From Squalus acanthias (Eukaryota): a stretch of DNA of 64,000 bases. The notes beneath the pieces are model-generated. The model worked only from the letters and a program-made list of their open reading frames with translations. It was not told where the DNA came from and ran no database searches. The stretch covers positions 134,108,001 to 134,172,000 of the forward strand of contig CM059431.1 of the NCBI GenBank assembly GCA_030390025.1. Direction: 5' to 3'. This document shows positions 35,243 to 47,772 of this stretch, in pieces. A program made the translations under genes and the position numbers. Within the stretch, counting starts at the first letter, position 1. The number at the start of each line of letters is the position of its first letter.

Positions 35243-36327
35243 ATAGAAACATAGAAGATAGGAGCAGGAGTAGGCCATTCGGCCCCTCGAGCCTGCTCCG
35301 CCATTCAATGTGATCATGGCTGATCATCCGAATTCAGTTCCCTCTCCCTGCTTTCTCCCCATATCCCTTGATCCCCTTAGCCTTAATAAATATATCTAAC
35401 TCCTTCTTGAATATATTTAATGAATTGGCCTCAACTGCCTTCTGTGGTAGAGAATTCCACAGGTTCACCACTCTCTGGGTGAAGAAATTCCTCCTCATCT
35501 CAGTCCTAAATGGCTTACCCCTTATCCTTAGACTGTGACCCCTGGTTCTGGACTCCCCCGCCATCGGGAACATCCTTCCTGCATCTAGTCTTTCTAGTCC
35601 TGTTAGAATTTTATAAGTTTCAATGAGATCCCCTCTCATTCTTCTAAACTCTAACGAATATAAGGCTAATCGACCCAATCTCTCTTCATACGTCATTCCT
35701 GCCATCTCAGGTATCAGTCTAGTGAATCTTCGCTGCACTCCCTCCATGGCAAGAACATCCTTCCTCAGATAAGGCGACCAAAACTGCACACAATACTCAA
35801 GGTGTGGTCTCACCAAGGCCCTGTACAACTGCAGCAAGACATCCTTGTTCCTGTACTCGAATCCTCTCGCTATGAAGGCCAACATACCATTTGCCTTCTT
35901 AACCGCCTGCTGCACCTGCATGCTTACCTTCAGCGACTGGTGCACAAGGACACCCAGGTCTCATTGCACTTCCCCTTTTCCCAATCTATTGCCGTTCAGA
36001 TAATAATCTGCCTTCTTGTTTTTGCCACCAAAGTGGATAACCTCGCATTTATCCACATTATACTGCATCTGCCATGCATCTGCCCAATCACCCAACCTGT
36101 CCAAATCATACTGGAGTTTCTCTGCACACACGCCCACCCAGCTTTGTGTCGTCTGCAAACTTGGAGATATTACATCTAGTTCCCTCGTCTAGATCATTAA
36201 TATATATTGTGAATAACTGGGGTCCTAGCACCGATCCCTGCGGTACCCCACTAGTCACTGCCTGCCACTCGGAAAAAGACTCGTTTATTCCAACTCTTTG
36301 CTTCCTGTCTGCCAACCAGTTTTCTAT
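35243..36327 (-). mobile_element. Young CR1 3' fragment nested in a CR1
   Basis: ORFs 36106..36315, 35961..36158 and 35334..35945; near-identical to 50657-51408. Confidence 0.9.
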
Positions 36328-37149
36328 CTAAGTCAGTACCTTTTACAGTCAGTTTTTATAAATAATAAATAATAAACAGATTGTAAGAGGGGTGGGGACA
36401 ATTAGGGACCAAAAAGGAGACCTACACATGGAGGCAGAGTGTACAGCTGAGGTGTTAAATGAGTACTTTGCATCTGTCTTCACCAAGGAAGAAGATGCTG
36501 CCATAGACATAGTGAAGGAGGAGGTAGAGGAGTTACTGGATGGGATAAAAATTAATAAAGAGGAGGTACTAGGAAGGCTGGCTGTACTTAAAGTAGATAA
36601 GTCACCAGGACCAGATGGGATGCATCCGAGGACGCTGAGGGAAGTGAAAGAAGAAATCACGGAGGTACTGGCCATAATCTTCCAATCCTCCTTAGATACG
36701 GGGATGGTGCCAGAGGACTGGAGAATTATAAATGTTACACCCTTGTTCAAAAAAGGGTGTAAGGATAAACCCAGCAACTAAAGGCCAGTCAGTTTAACCT
36801 CGGTAGTGGGAAAGCTTTTACAAATGATAATCAGGGACAAAGTTAACAGTCACTTGGACAAGTGTGGATTAATTAAGGAAAGCCAGCACGGATTTGTTAA
36901 AGGCAAATTGTGTTTAACTAACTTGATCGAGTTTTTTGAGGTAACAGAGAGGGTTAATGTGGGTAATGCGGTTGACGTGGTGCATATGAATTTCCAAAAG
37001 GCGTTTGATAAAGTGCCACATAATAGACTTGCCAGCAAAGTTGAAGCCCATGAAATAAAAGGGACAGTGGCAGCATGGATACAAAATTGGCTAAGTGACA
37101 GGAAATAGAGTAGAGGTGAATGGTTGTTTTTCAGACTGGAGGAAGGTAC

Positions 37150-37547
37150 ACATAGGTTATATGGCACAGAAACAGGCCATTCGGCCCAACCAATCCATGC
37201 CGGCATTTATGCTCCACTCGAGCCTCCTCCCTTCTTTCCTCATCTAAATCTATCAGCATAACCCTCTATTCCCTCCTCCCTCATATGCTTGTCTTGCCTC
37301 CCCTTAAATGCATCTATACTTTTCGCTTCAACCACTCCCTGTGGTAGCGAGTTCCACATTCTCACCACTCTTTGGGTAAAGAAGCTTCTTCTGAATTCAG
37401 TATTGGATTTCTTGGTGACTATCTTATATTGATGGCCTCTAGTTATGCTCTTGCCCACATTCTCTCTGTATCCACTCTATCAAAACCTTTCATAATTTTA
37501 AAGGCCTCTATTAGGTCACCGCTCAGCCTTCTTTTTTCAAGAGAAAA
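37150..37547 (-). mobile_element. CR1 3' tail nested in a CR1
   Basis: ORF 37240..37458 (FFTQRVVRMWNSLP). The host resumes at atacagtggtgttcccc. Confidence 0.8.
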
Positions 37548-39466
37548 GATACAGTGGTGTTCCCCAGGGGTCAGTACTAGGACCACTGCTTTTCTTGATA
37601 TATATTAATGACTTGGACATGGGAGTACAGGGCACAATTTCAAAATCTGCAGATGACACAAAACTTGGAAGTATAGTGAACAGTGAGAAGGATAGTGATA
37701 GACTTCAGGAAGACATAGACAGGCTGGTGAATTGGGTGGACACGTGGCAGATGAAATTTAATGCAGAAAGTGCGAAGTGATACATTTTGGTAGGAAGAAC
37801 GAGGAGAGGCATTATGAACTAAAGGGTATAATCCTAAAGGGGGTGCATGAACAGAGAGACCTGCGGGTATATGTGCACAAATGATTGAAGGTGGCAGGGC
37901 AGGTAGAGAAAGCGGTTAAAAAACCATACGGGATACTGGGCTTCATAAATAGAGGCATACAGTCAAAAGCAAGGAAATTATGATGAACCTTTATAAAACA
38001 CTGGTTCGGCCTCAACTGGAATATTGTTTCAAATTCTGGGCACCGCACATTAGGAAGGATGTGAAGGCCTTAGAGAGGGTGCAGAAAAGAGTTACGAGAA
38101 TGATTCCAGGGATGAGGGACTTCAGTTATGTGGATAGACTGGAGAAGCTGGAGTTGTTCTCCTTAGAGCAGAGAAGGTTGATAGGAGATTTGATAGAGGT
38201 GTTCAAAATCATGAGGGGTCTAGACAGAGTAGATAGAGAGAAACTGCTCCCATTGGCGGAAGGGTCGGAGAGCCAGAGGACACAGATTTAAGATGATTGG
38301 CAAAATAACCAAAGGCAACATGAGGGAAAACTTTTTTACGCAACGAGTGGTTAGGATCTGGAATGAACTGCCTAAAAGGGTGGTGGAGGCAGACTCAATT
38401 GTGGCTTTCAAAAGGGAATTGGATAAGTACCTGAAGGAAAAAAAATTGTAGGGCTACAGGGAAAGGGCGGGGGAGTGGGACTAGCTGAGGTGCTCTTGCA
38501 GAGAGCCGCACGGGCTGAATGGCCTCCTTCCGTGCTGTAACCATTCTATGATTCTATGGGGCTGGGGCTATTTACTTTCGAGCAGCATAGACTTAGAGGA
38601 GACCTGATAGAGGTTTATAAAATAATGAAAGGATTGCACACTGATTGATAGATCATTTCAGTTTGACAAATTGAGGAGGAACAGCGGTCATGCATTGAAA
38701 CTGCGCAAGGGTAGGAATAGTGTATATGTTATGTAGTTGGTTTTTTCCTAGAGTCGTGGGCCTCTGAAATTCGTTGCCGGCTTGTGCAGTGTGTGCTGAC
38801 TCTCTGCATGCCTTAAAAGGGAGCTGGAATAGTTCTTGGCTGGAGCAGAGTTCACATCATATAAAACATAACTGGTCTAACAGTTAACACACGCATAGTC
38901 AATGTGATCTCCTAGACTGGTTTTGATTACCTGAGGGGGCCGGAGAGGAATTTGCCATGTTTTTTTTCCATTTTTCTGTTTTTTTGCCTCTCCCAGGAAA
39001 TTACATGGCTGTTGAAGGGCAGGATATGTCTAGTCGTGATGCTGCAGGCATTATGAGTGTGGGGCAGGCTTGATGGACCGTCATTATCGTATGTTATGGT
39101 TTTCAGTCTGGGTCATATGAAAAGAAAGAGAATCCTTCTTAAGTTTAGCAAAATTGATTAAGGTCATAAGTTAGTGGTCAAGAATAAAATGTTTATGTAA
39201 ATGATCTGATGCGTGCATATTTCCTAGCATGCTCACTTTTAAAGGAATTACTTTGGTGAAAATCTGAAGATAGGTTTAGTGAGCTTAGAACATTTTTCTT
39301 CTCCCCTTCCAAACTTCTACCCTCCTCTGCTGAAGTTGCTGATTAATACTCGGTTATGATTCCCTTGACCACAAGTTGCCCTTCGTGCTTCTCCCAAGTG
39401 ACCATTTTTCATGTACAAGTCTTGATAACAGCCGCTGGCTATTTGATTGGTGGGGGGCATCACAGC

Positions 39467-39624
39467 CAACATTTCCGTTAAGCTGCGCGGCCGCAGTCTG
39501 GAGGTCCCGCGCAGGCCACTCTGCAGCTTTTAAATGGGAAAAACCGAGCGTGCGCGAGAATTTGAATGGGCCACGCAGACCGTTAAAAGGGCTGCACACC
39601 CAAATAAAATTAGAGGGAACATTG
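39467..39624. mobile_element. hAT-type MITE, 158 bp, 8-bp TSD
   Basis: atcacagc|caacatttccgttaa ... ttagagggaacattg|atcacagc. CA...TG termini with an 8-bp TSD are typical of hAT. Confidence 0.85.
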
Positions 39625-40139
39625 ATCACAGCTGAGGAAAATCCTGCCCTCACTCATGCATTTTCAAGCAAGAACAGCAATCACAAGCAAGAATCCTGTC
39701 TGATTCAATTCCTGGTACCTAGCCTAGAGTGCTGGGGCTGTATGTAATGCTCCTAATTTCTCCAAGTAGGTCTGGCTAACTGGTGGGAAGGGGAAGAGAA
39801 AGGGGGAGAGAGAGAGAGAGAGAGAGAATATTTTGCAAATTTAATATACAATTGCCTATAATAAAAAATTCTTACGAAGTTACTTGACATGCATAAAAAA
39901 AAAACAAGTGACACTACTTTAAATAACATCATCAATTGCAAGTTATCAGATTTCATAGAGTCATGATTTGCCTCATTTGATGAAAGAAAAAATAGTTGGT
40001 GCTATCTCTGCCTTATCTTCGATTTACAAACGAACAATAAGTTTTTATTCCCATTCTTTTACGATATACCGCATTAAATTTCTTAAATCTATAATGTATA
40101 AAGACTTCCATTCAAACAGTGTGTTTATCATGTCTCAGA

Positions 40140-40829
40140 TACAGGTGGCACGCGTGTGCACATTTGGCACTGGAAGTGCACCGTCCGCCATATTGATGCA
40201 GGCAGAAAAAGAGGTGTCCAGAGCCCACGCCTAAAACAGGCGTTAGGCCCTTTGCATAAGTAAATAAGGGGCCAAACACCTGTTTCAGGCCCCCCTTTGC
40301 AAAACTGCTAGCTGCGTTCAGGAAAGCATGGTCTACATACGGACAACCAACAGTTCTTAAAGGGGCCACAGGAGGCCGCGAGCAAAAAGGTAAATTTGTT
40401 TAAAAATACTTACCTGAACGTCTCAGATACATCCAAAAGCACTCACTGTTCATTGTAGTTCCTAAGATTGTTGCCGTTTCCCACTCGACCCCTTGCCGAT
40501 TACTTCGCCCTCTCTTTATTGCCTCCCCCATCCCGATCGCTTCACCCCTCTGCCAATCACCCCTCTCACTCACAATCACCCCCCCACTCCTCCCTCCCGA
40601 TCGCCCCTCTCAGGATCTACCAGATGGCCACTGGTGGCGACACAGCGGCCCGAAATCCAATTCCAATTTGCTGGCGAGCTGTCTGGGAACGCCCGCAGGT
40701 TACCGGTATAATTTAAATGAGGCCTGAGGCCCAATATTGGGTGCGGCTCGAGCTTATCTGTTGCTGTGCAGGGATTGTTCCCTGTGCCAAGTTTGCACCA
40801 ATAGGCCGACGAGAACCAATTTCTAGGCC
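40140..40829. mobile_element. Harbinger-type MITE remnant (left end unclear)
   Basis: Right end aatttctaggcc as in family A/B; GC-rich interior with cttaaagggg and ccgatc repeats. Confidence 0.5.
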
Positions 40830-41351
40830 AATAACTTACTTTGAAATGCAGTGGCTGTTATGTAGGCAAGTGAGATAGTTATTTGGCACAAAGCAAGATT
40901 CCCCCAAACAGGAATGAGATTAATGACAACTTAAACTGTTTTTGATAGCGTTAGTTGAGGGAGAAATATTAGCCAAACCAATTAAGTAGTTATTAGGCAA
41001 GTAAAACAAAATAAGAATAAGGATCATGCTCTGCCATTAACCAGGGATATTTGGTATTCAAATCTATCAAGTTGCTAGTTCTACATAAGTACAAAAAAAT
41101 TATTTATTTCCAATCAATCTAAAGTGAATCTCTTGTCAACATGCAGCTCTGGACGCAGTTATACAAAGGGTAACCATTTGAAAATGACACCTGCTTAAAG
41201 CAGCATGAAGCCAGCAGACTGGAATCATGCAGCAGCTTGGCATCACACTCCATTAAGGGGGGAAAAATAGCTCTGAGCAATTGTGCTTGGAAAAATAGAG
41301 TTCTGTATCATTACAAAATGTATAGTATTATGGGCCTACATGTTTACTTAC

Positions 41352-41513
41352 TGTTTCCAATGCAGCATTCTTTTCGGTCATTTCTTTAAACTCTTCAACA
41401 AACATTTCTTTCATTTTCTCCATCTCACTGTTCAGCTTCTTTTTTTCTTCTTCCTTCCATCTTTCAAAGTTTTTTGTTGTTTCTTCTTCTTTCAGAGTTC
41501 TATTTTCAAGTTC
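41352..41513 (-). CDS. DZIP1: Internal coding exon of DZIP1 (coiled-coil region), 162 nt, phase 0/0
   Basis: Minus strand reads tttattttag|GAACTT...GAAACA|gtaagt. Translation [54 protein letters not shown] closely resembles the vertebrate DZIP1 segment as I recall it ([36 protein letters not shown]). It lies in non-repetitive AT-rich DNA. Confidence 0.88.
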
Positions 41514-42216
41514 CTAAAATAAATCAGGCATCATTAAGTCTGTAAAATGCAAAATGCAAAATGAGTATGTAACGGTATTTTGTTAACCCTCCCCATGGTA
41601 ATAGCACAATTCTCAGAAAAAAACACATCATTTTCAGAACTACTGCATTCGTACTCTTCTCTACTAGCCATGTCCAAATAAAAATCAGTGCAAAATCAGA
41701 TATCAGAAGTGGAATAAAATGAAAGCATCTGAACATCTGTAATATTTCAAACTCATCCCAAATTTCTGCCAGGAGCCTTGTTACCGAAAAACTTAGTTTA
41801 AGGTTTTAAAAGTGTATACTTCTTAACAAAATGTTAAGGATACAGGAACATATTTTCTCTAGGTGCTAATCTGAATGAGAAATGTAGATATGAGTTAGTA
41901 GCACAGCAAAACTAGTAGAAAGCAGCAACAACTTTTTGTGCATGATTACCTCTACTGAGTCTTGCCCATAGCCGAAACTTGTGCTGTGAAATTATTGAAA
42001 AAATTACTCGTTAAGAGCTCATTGGGCGCTGTGACATGTTAAGTATTTGTTTAAGATCTTCTGTAAGAAAAATGCACGGAACTGAATGATTGTGTGTATA
42101 TGTAAGTGAAAAATGAGACCTGAATTCAAATTCAGAATGGTAGTCAGTTACAATCTCCTCCTCTCCTTTTTAGCACTAAAATTCCCTCTTTGCTTCATTG
42201 TTTATATTACTTAATA

Positions 42217-42872
42217 GAGGGAAAAATTCGGTTGCTTTGCGCCTCCCGTTAGCGCCCTGACGGGGTGCAAAACAACTAGCACCCGGGCGCGACGCCGCCG
42301 ACACCTCCCACGAAATTCAGCGGGAGGTTAGCGGCAGTGGTAACCATTAGCGCTCCGCAGTGCTGTGCCGCCAGCCACGATCTTCGGTAGCGCCCCCTGA
42401 CTTACCGCCAGACGCTATGTCCGACGGGGTCAGGGGGGCGTACCTGAGGCCGAGGCGGCGCTAATTAAAGGTGAGGTGCCGGGTGGCCATTTTTGTTGCT
42501 GGCCGCCTGCCAGCACCCGCCCCCGTTGCCGTCCCCGGCCTCCTGACCAGCCCCCCCGCAGAGTGCCAGCTGCGCTCCATGAGCCCGGCACTCCTCGAGT
42601 GACAGGCTCTTTTGCCAGCACTCCGATCCCTGGTGACCCAGCCTGTGCAAGGCCCCTCCCCTTTAAGAAGTACCGCGGCGCGACGTGTCGTAGCGCCACG
42701 CTCCGCGATATTCCCTCGCAGCACCCCAAAAGGGAGGCGGGGCACTACTGGATGCGCCCCGCTTCCATCTTGGGATGCTACCGATGAATTTCAGCCGCGG
42801 GGGCGCTAATTTTTCTGGGGTGCTAAAGGCGAAGTTAGCACCCCAAAGGGGGCGCGACTCAATTTTTCCCCC
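42217..42872. mobile_element. GC-rich Harbinger MITE family E, copy 1, TSD ATA
   Basis: ata|gagggaaaaatt ... aatttttccccc|ata. Homologous to 61100-61736 and to the reverse complement of 3421-3726. Confidence 0.88.
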
Positions 42873-43472
42873 ATACAGTTTAAGGCTGTGGATGCTAGGT
42901 TAATTGAAATTTTCAAGACTAAGATCGACAGATTTTATTAGGTGAGAGTATCAAGGGATATAGATCAAAAATGGGTAAATGGAGTTGAGGTACTGATTAG
43001 CCATGATTTAACTGAATGGTGGAACAGACTCGAGGAGCTGAATGATCTACTCTTGATCCAATGTTCCTAATTCAGCAAGTTCTGCTACAGAAACAGCAGA
43101 AAGAGAAATAGCAGAAAGAGAGATCAAGAAATGGCAGAGACACAGAAAAAGAAAGAGCCCTCCCTTACCTACGGACAAATGAGGTCAATCATGGTGCCCC
43201 ACAGTCATCCCAGTGAGAATCAGCTAAATCAGCATTGACCATGAGAGTACCTAGGCTGTTCCGAGTACTTACTCTCACTGGAGAGCAAGATTTTGTCTTA
43301 CTGGAGAGCAAGAAAAAGTGACAGTCAGCAATGGAGGTAGTGCTACCTCAGCATCCATGGCAGCAGTGAAATTTCCTCCACTAAATCAATGGGTACTATT
43401 GTTTTAAACTGTTTTCACTACGACTTTGAATGATGGATAGCATATATACCAACAGTCAGTATTTCACAGGTT

Positions 43473-45243
43473 GGACGCGATTTTGCCGGCGCTCAGAGGG
43501 CGGGTTCGGAGACGGGTCAGCTGTTAAATTCAAAATGATTGACGGCGGGTTGTCAACCCGCCGCGATCCCGCCTCCGTGTGAGTTTCAACAGTGCCGGGT
43601 CTGCGATCTCGGAACAGACCCGACACCAAGCGGCGGGTGAGATTTTTAAGACACGTAACTCCCTGTTAAGTGCTTGTTAATTGCTATTTGGACAGCCTTT
43701 TCCTATTTTCCCACATTTTAAACGGGTTTCATGACGTTCGGAGATCACATCAGGTAAGTATGTCGGGAGTAGCAGCGAGCTGCATAGTTCACAGCTGCAA
43801 CTGCAGGAGAGAAGCTGAACTCTCACATCTGTTCACCTTCAAATATCAGAGCTGTCTGATTTCAGGATTTGGATGACACATTTGATCTGTCTGGAGGCTG
43901 CAAGTGTGTGGTGTTAACTCTATATGCACTGTCACCTCCTTGGAGCAAGCTCGCTCAACATTGACAGATCACTTCTGCCATCTCAACTTCAACTGCCATC
44001 TATTCCAGCAACATCGGTGTCCTTGAAAAAATTTCACCTAGGTCCTCAGAATCCCTCCACGATCAGTCCCAACACCAACATTACCAGGCACACCAACATC
44101 ACCAACAACAATACCAACCTTCTCCGCAATCACCTGATGCTGCACAGGACACAGGGCATCAGCACCCGACCACATTGCTGTCTGGAAGGCCAGCGATGGC
44201 ATCACCATGTCCAGATTTATTTCACTTGATGCTGTACACCCTGGCTACCACATGATGCACCAGGTTAACACCACTTCACACCAGCACCATAACACATTCC
44301 TACAATGACTAAGCCATTCCTTTCACACTCATCACCATTGCAGGGGTACCGCTATGTCTAACCATTCACTGCAACTCACAAAGACACTTCCAAAGGTGAA
44401 CACAGATCTGTACAATAAGGCAAAGTGTTCAAAATAAAGATTTCAATGTTTGAGAATACATTAACAGAAAATTTACATGAACATTGCATAACACATCCAA
44501 GTGCCTACCCTTGTGTGTTGTTAGTTGGTATGATTGGACTAGGATGAGGGTGAGTGTGAGGGGTGGCTAGTGAGATGGGGAAGTGATAATGTAGATAGAG
44601 AGGGATGGGGGGAGGTGCAAGGTAAGTTGGTGTAAGGATGTGCAGGAGTAGGGTAGGGAAGGCAGAGTGATGGGTATGTGATGACTGGCATAGATGCTGA
44701 GTGTGGCTTTGCAGTAACGTTTCGTGATCTACTGAGATCATTGAAAGGCTTGCGTCACTGAAGCCAGGTCCTCCTGACGACATCACTGCTTTTGCCCTCC
44801 TGTGCAATGTGCAACCAGGCTGCATTGGTGTCCTGGGGAGGTCTCTTCTGCCCATGGGAAGGGAAGAGAACCTCTCTGCGTGCTGTGAATCCCTCCATAA
44901 GCATGTGGAGGGAGTCATGCGTGAGCCTGGGTGCAGCCCTGCACCCTTTGTGCAGTGCTTGTCAGTGTTTGCAGCACCTCAATGCTGCAGAACACTGACA
45001 GCAGAACTGTCAAAATCTATGTGGCCATGGTCCCTTTAAGGAAACCGGTTGATGAGGCTTCATCAAATGACGTCATCAGACCCGCCTCCTGTTAACTGGC
45101 CGGGAACCCCACAGGGCAGGCTTAACAAGGCCAATCTACGGAAAATTATAATTTTCAGAGAACGGCTACAGACGGGAGCGGGACTGGAACCTGCCAACCA
45201 CCTCTCCTGCCGCCATCCCGCCTCTGCAGGGAAAATCCTGCCC
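43473..45243 (-). mobile_element. Harbinger family C non-autonomous copy, TSD GTT
   Basis: gtt|ggacgcgatttt ... aaaatcctgccc|gtt. Minus-strand Myb exon ~44725-44965. Colinear with 58898-60656. Confidence 0.85.
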
Positions 45244-45610
45244 GTTGTGTCCAATTGTCTGCATTTGCTGATAAAAATGAGCCGGTGTAACTACTTGTTT
45301 TCACAGATTGGCCTATACTTAGGGCTGTTTTTGAGTTGACAGCTCACTTACGACAGTCAATTATTTTTTAAGTTGCTGGTTAGTTTTTGCATTTGTGCTC
45401 ATTTAAATTAAGAATTTTAATAGAATATTAACTGTGATGTATAACCAGCAAGGAGACAAATAAATATTTATCTGAAATCCATTGTATGGAACAAGTACAA
45501 AGATTGACAGTCTCGTGTCCTAGCTTCAGTGTTCTGTGATATACAGTCAGTATACATCAACTCATGTTGAAAAAATGTAAAAGGATGAAATGTAATTGCA
45601 AAAAGAATGA

Positions 45611-47299
45611 GGGGGAAAGATTCGGTAGCCCCCCTATTAGCGCCTGCAGATGGTGGTAACGGGGCGCTGATGCAGTAGCGCAGTGTAGACGAATCCAGCA
45701 CCACACGGCAAATCCAGCCCCGCTGTTGCACCGCAGGTATGAGGTTCCACCGAGGACGGCAAAGCCACGCAGACCATGACGTCACACTGGGCGGCCGATC
45801 TGGAAAATTAATTGTCGCCACTTACCTTAGCGCCTCGACCAGACAGCAACAGGGAGAGCTGGTGTGCAGCTGCAGGAAGCCGGCTCCAGTGACATTATTT
45901 AAAGGCATCAGCATTAATCACTCGCAGCTGTCAGGGCAGGTAGTTTCAGCGGTTTCTTGTCAGTTTCACTCAGTGGAACAATTTGTATGAGTAATTTCAA
46001 GCTTCTTTTGTATCAGCAGTCTTCTGGCAAGTGCAAAGTAGCTACATTTATTGCTCAAAGATTCAAACTGCGAAAGCTCGCAACATTAATGGGGGCTGCC
46101 ACCTCACCCTCCAGGATCTACAGCGGAGGGAGTGCAGGCAGCAAGAAATATGGGAAAAACAACAGAAAATGCTGAAAAAACTCAGCAGGCCAGGCAACAT
46201 CCGTGGAGAGAGAAACAGAGTTAACGTTTCAGGTCGAAGACCTTTCGTCATAACTGACGGATCTCTCCATGGATGTTGCCTGGCCTGCTGAGTTTTTCCA
46301 GCGTTTTCTCTTGTTGTTTCAATTTTCCAGCATCCGCAGTATTTTGCTATCGAAGAAATATGGGAACATGTGCGCAGAGGGATGAGGAGGGACATCAGGA
46401 CTCTTACCAGGAAGCCTTACCCTCTGAGGGTATTCCGACAGCACTTCTCCTACCTTCAATTAAGCGAGGAGCAGTGTATTAGATGGCTGCACATCACCAA
46501 GGTGGTGATCACAGAACTCTGCCACCTCCTCCAAACAGACCTCCAGCCTCACACCAGGATGACTTAAACCCCAGATCCCTTTTGCTCACCACATGCCCAT
46601 CATATCATCCCTGTGTCATGCCATATCACAGCTTCCTCCTGGGTGCAAAGGTGAAATGAGAGAGACCACAAAATATTGCAAACTCCATTAAAAAATGTAT
46701 GCATAAACATATCACACAAATCACATTCATTCTAATAACTAATAATCTTTGTGTCTTCCATCGTTGAATAGCTGTCATTGTGTGCAAGGCGTGAGATGTG
46801 GGTGTGAGTGTTGGTAGGTAGAGATTGTTGGTGGGTGAGCGCTGGGGGTGTGGTGCTTTGGGCAGTGTGTGAAGCTTGTAGTACAGATGGTGGTATGTAG
46901 CATTTGTTGAAGCATTCAATCACCCTGACCACCCGACTAAGGTGGATCTGCCATGAGCACACCTGTTTCAGTCCTCCGGCTCCTTCTCCTTGTTGTGCTT
47001 CTCCTTGCTGAGGCAGCTGCACAGCCAGCAATGCTGAGAATGAGGTGCTGCAGTATCAATCAACCTTCCCTTTAAGTACTGGGAAAAGCCTGTGGCAATG
47101 ATGAGTTGCGATTAGACTGCACCCAATATAGAGTAACGCCACTGAGCTAGGCCTTGAAGACTTGATTTAGCGCCCCAATAATTTCTTTGAGCAATGAGAA
47201 TGAATTTTGCGTGCAGTCTAAATCATTAGCGCCTGGCGCTAATTCTCAAACTTTTCTAAAGATACCGCCCATTCCTTGGCTATAATGAATTACTAGCCC
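45611..47299. mobile_element. Internally deleted Harbinger (element F), TSD TGA
   Basis: tga|gggggaaagattc ... gaattactagccc|tga. Transposase 5' stub RKPYPLRVFRQHFSYLQLSEEQC...ELCHLLQ (46370..46567). Confidence 0.82.
46157..46352. mobile_element. Short fold-back Penelope-tail insertion, 14-bp TSD
   Basis: TSD aagaaatatgggaa at 46143-46156 and 46353-46366. Inverted arms; minus-strand hammerhead with a C3-to-A change (ATGACGA). Confidence 0.88.
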
Positions 47300-47772
47300 T
47301 GAGTGTCTCTGATATCATGCAGCTAATGGAAGCTATTACCTTGCTATTTGTGCAACATTGTACAAAAGGTTAATTGTCCTTTACCATGTGGTTACCACTG
47401 CTTTTTGCAAATAGTGAGCCTCCATTATCCCAAAGTCAGTGCCCTGTGCAGTTCAGTCCCTCTCCTTCCACTCAAATCAACATTATTTGTAAAAGGGCAA
47501 TATTCCTGTATTGAGAACCTTTTTAAATACATCATATCCTTTTATACACATTAGCAAAATATCAACTGATGGTGTGCAACATTCTGCAGCACACTTGACA
47601 GGCTGAAGTACAGTAAAAAGAGAACTTATGATTCTTGCAATTTCATAAACAACCAAAGGTTTAATTTGAAATTGGAATATTTAATCTTATTGTGGTATTC
47701 TATCTCCCAAAATCATTTCCTGTCCATCAGCTAAAGGATAACAAAATAAACTTTTAGTAACAAAGCCATAAT

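Larger units (their letters stand above)
33050..38537 (+). mobile_element. Near-full-length CR1 (ORF1 esterase 33229..33876, ORF2 pieces) with three nested insertions, itself inside an older CR1 (32690-39090)
   Basis: GDSIVRG/HIGIND/DELHLN in ORF1. APE ORF 34360..35139. RT pieces 36392..38291. Tail attctatgattctatg. Confidence 0.88.

Noticed and set aside
41283..41522. Plus-strand Phe-rich 79-aa ORF
   Set aside because: Antisense shadow of the Lys/Glu-rich DZIP1 exon
42217..42872. Host CpG-island promoter
   Set aside because: Bounded by TIRs and a TSD, with a second copy at 61100-61736: it is a MITE
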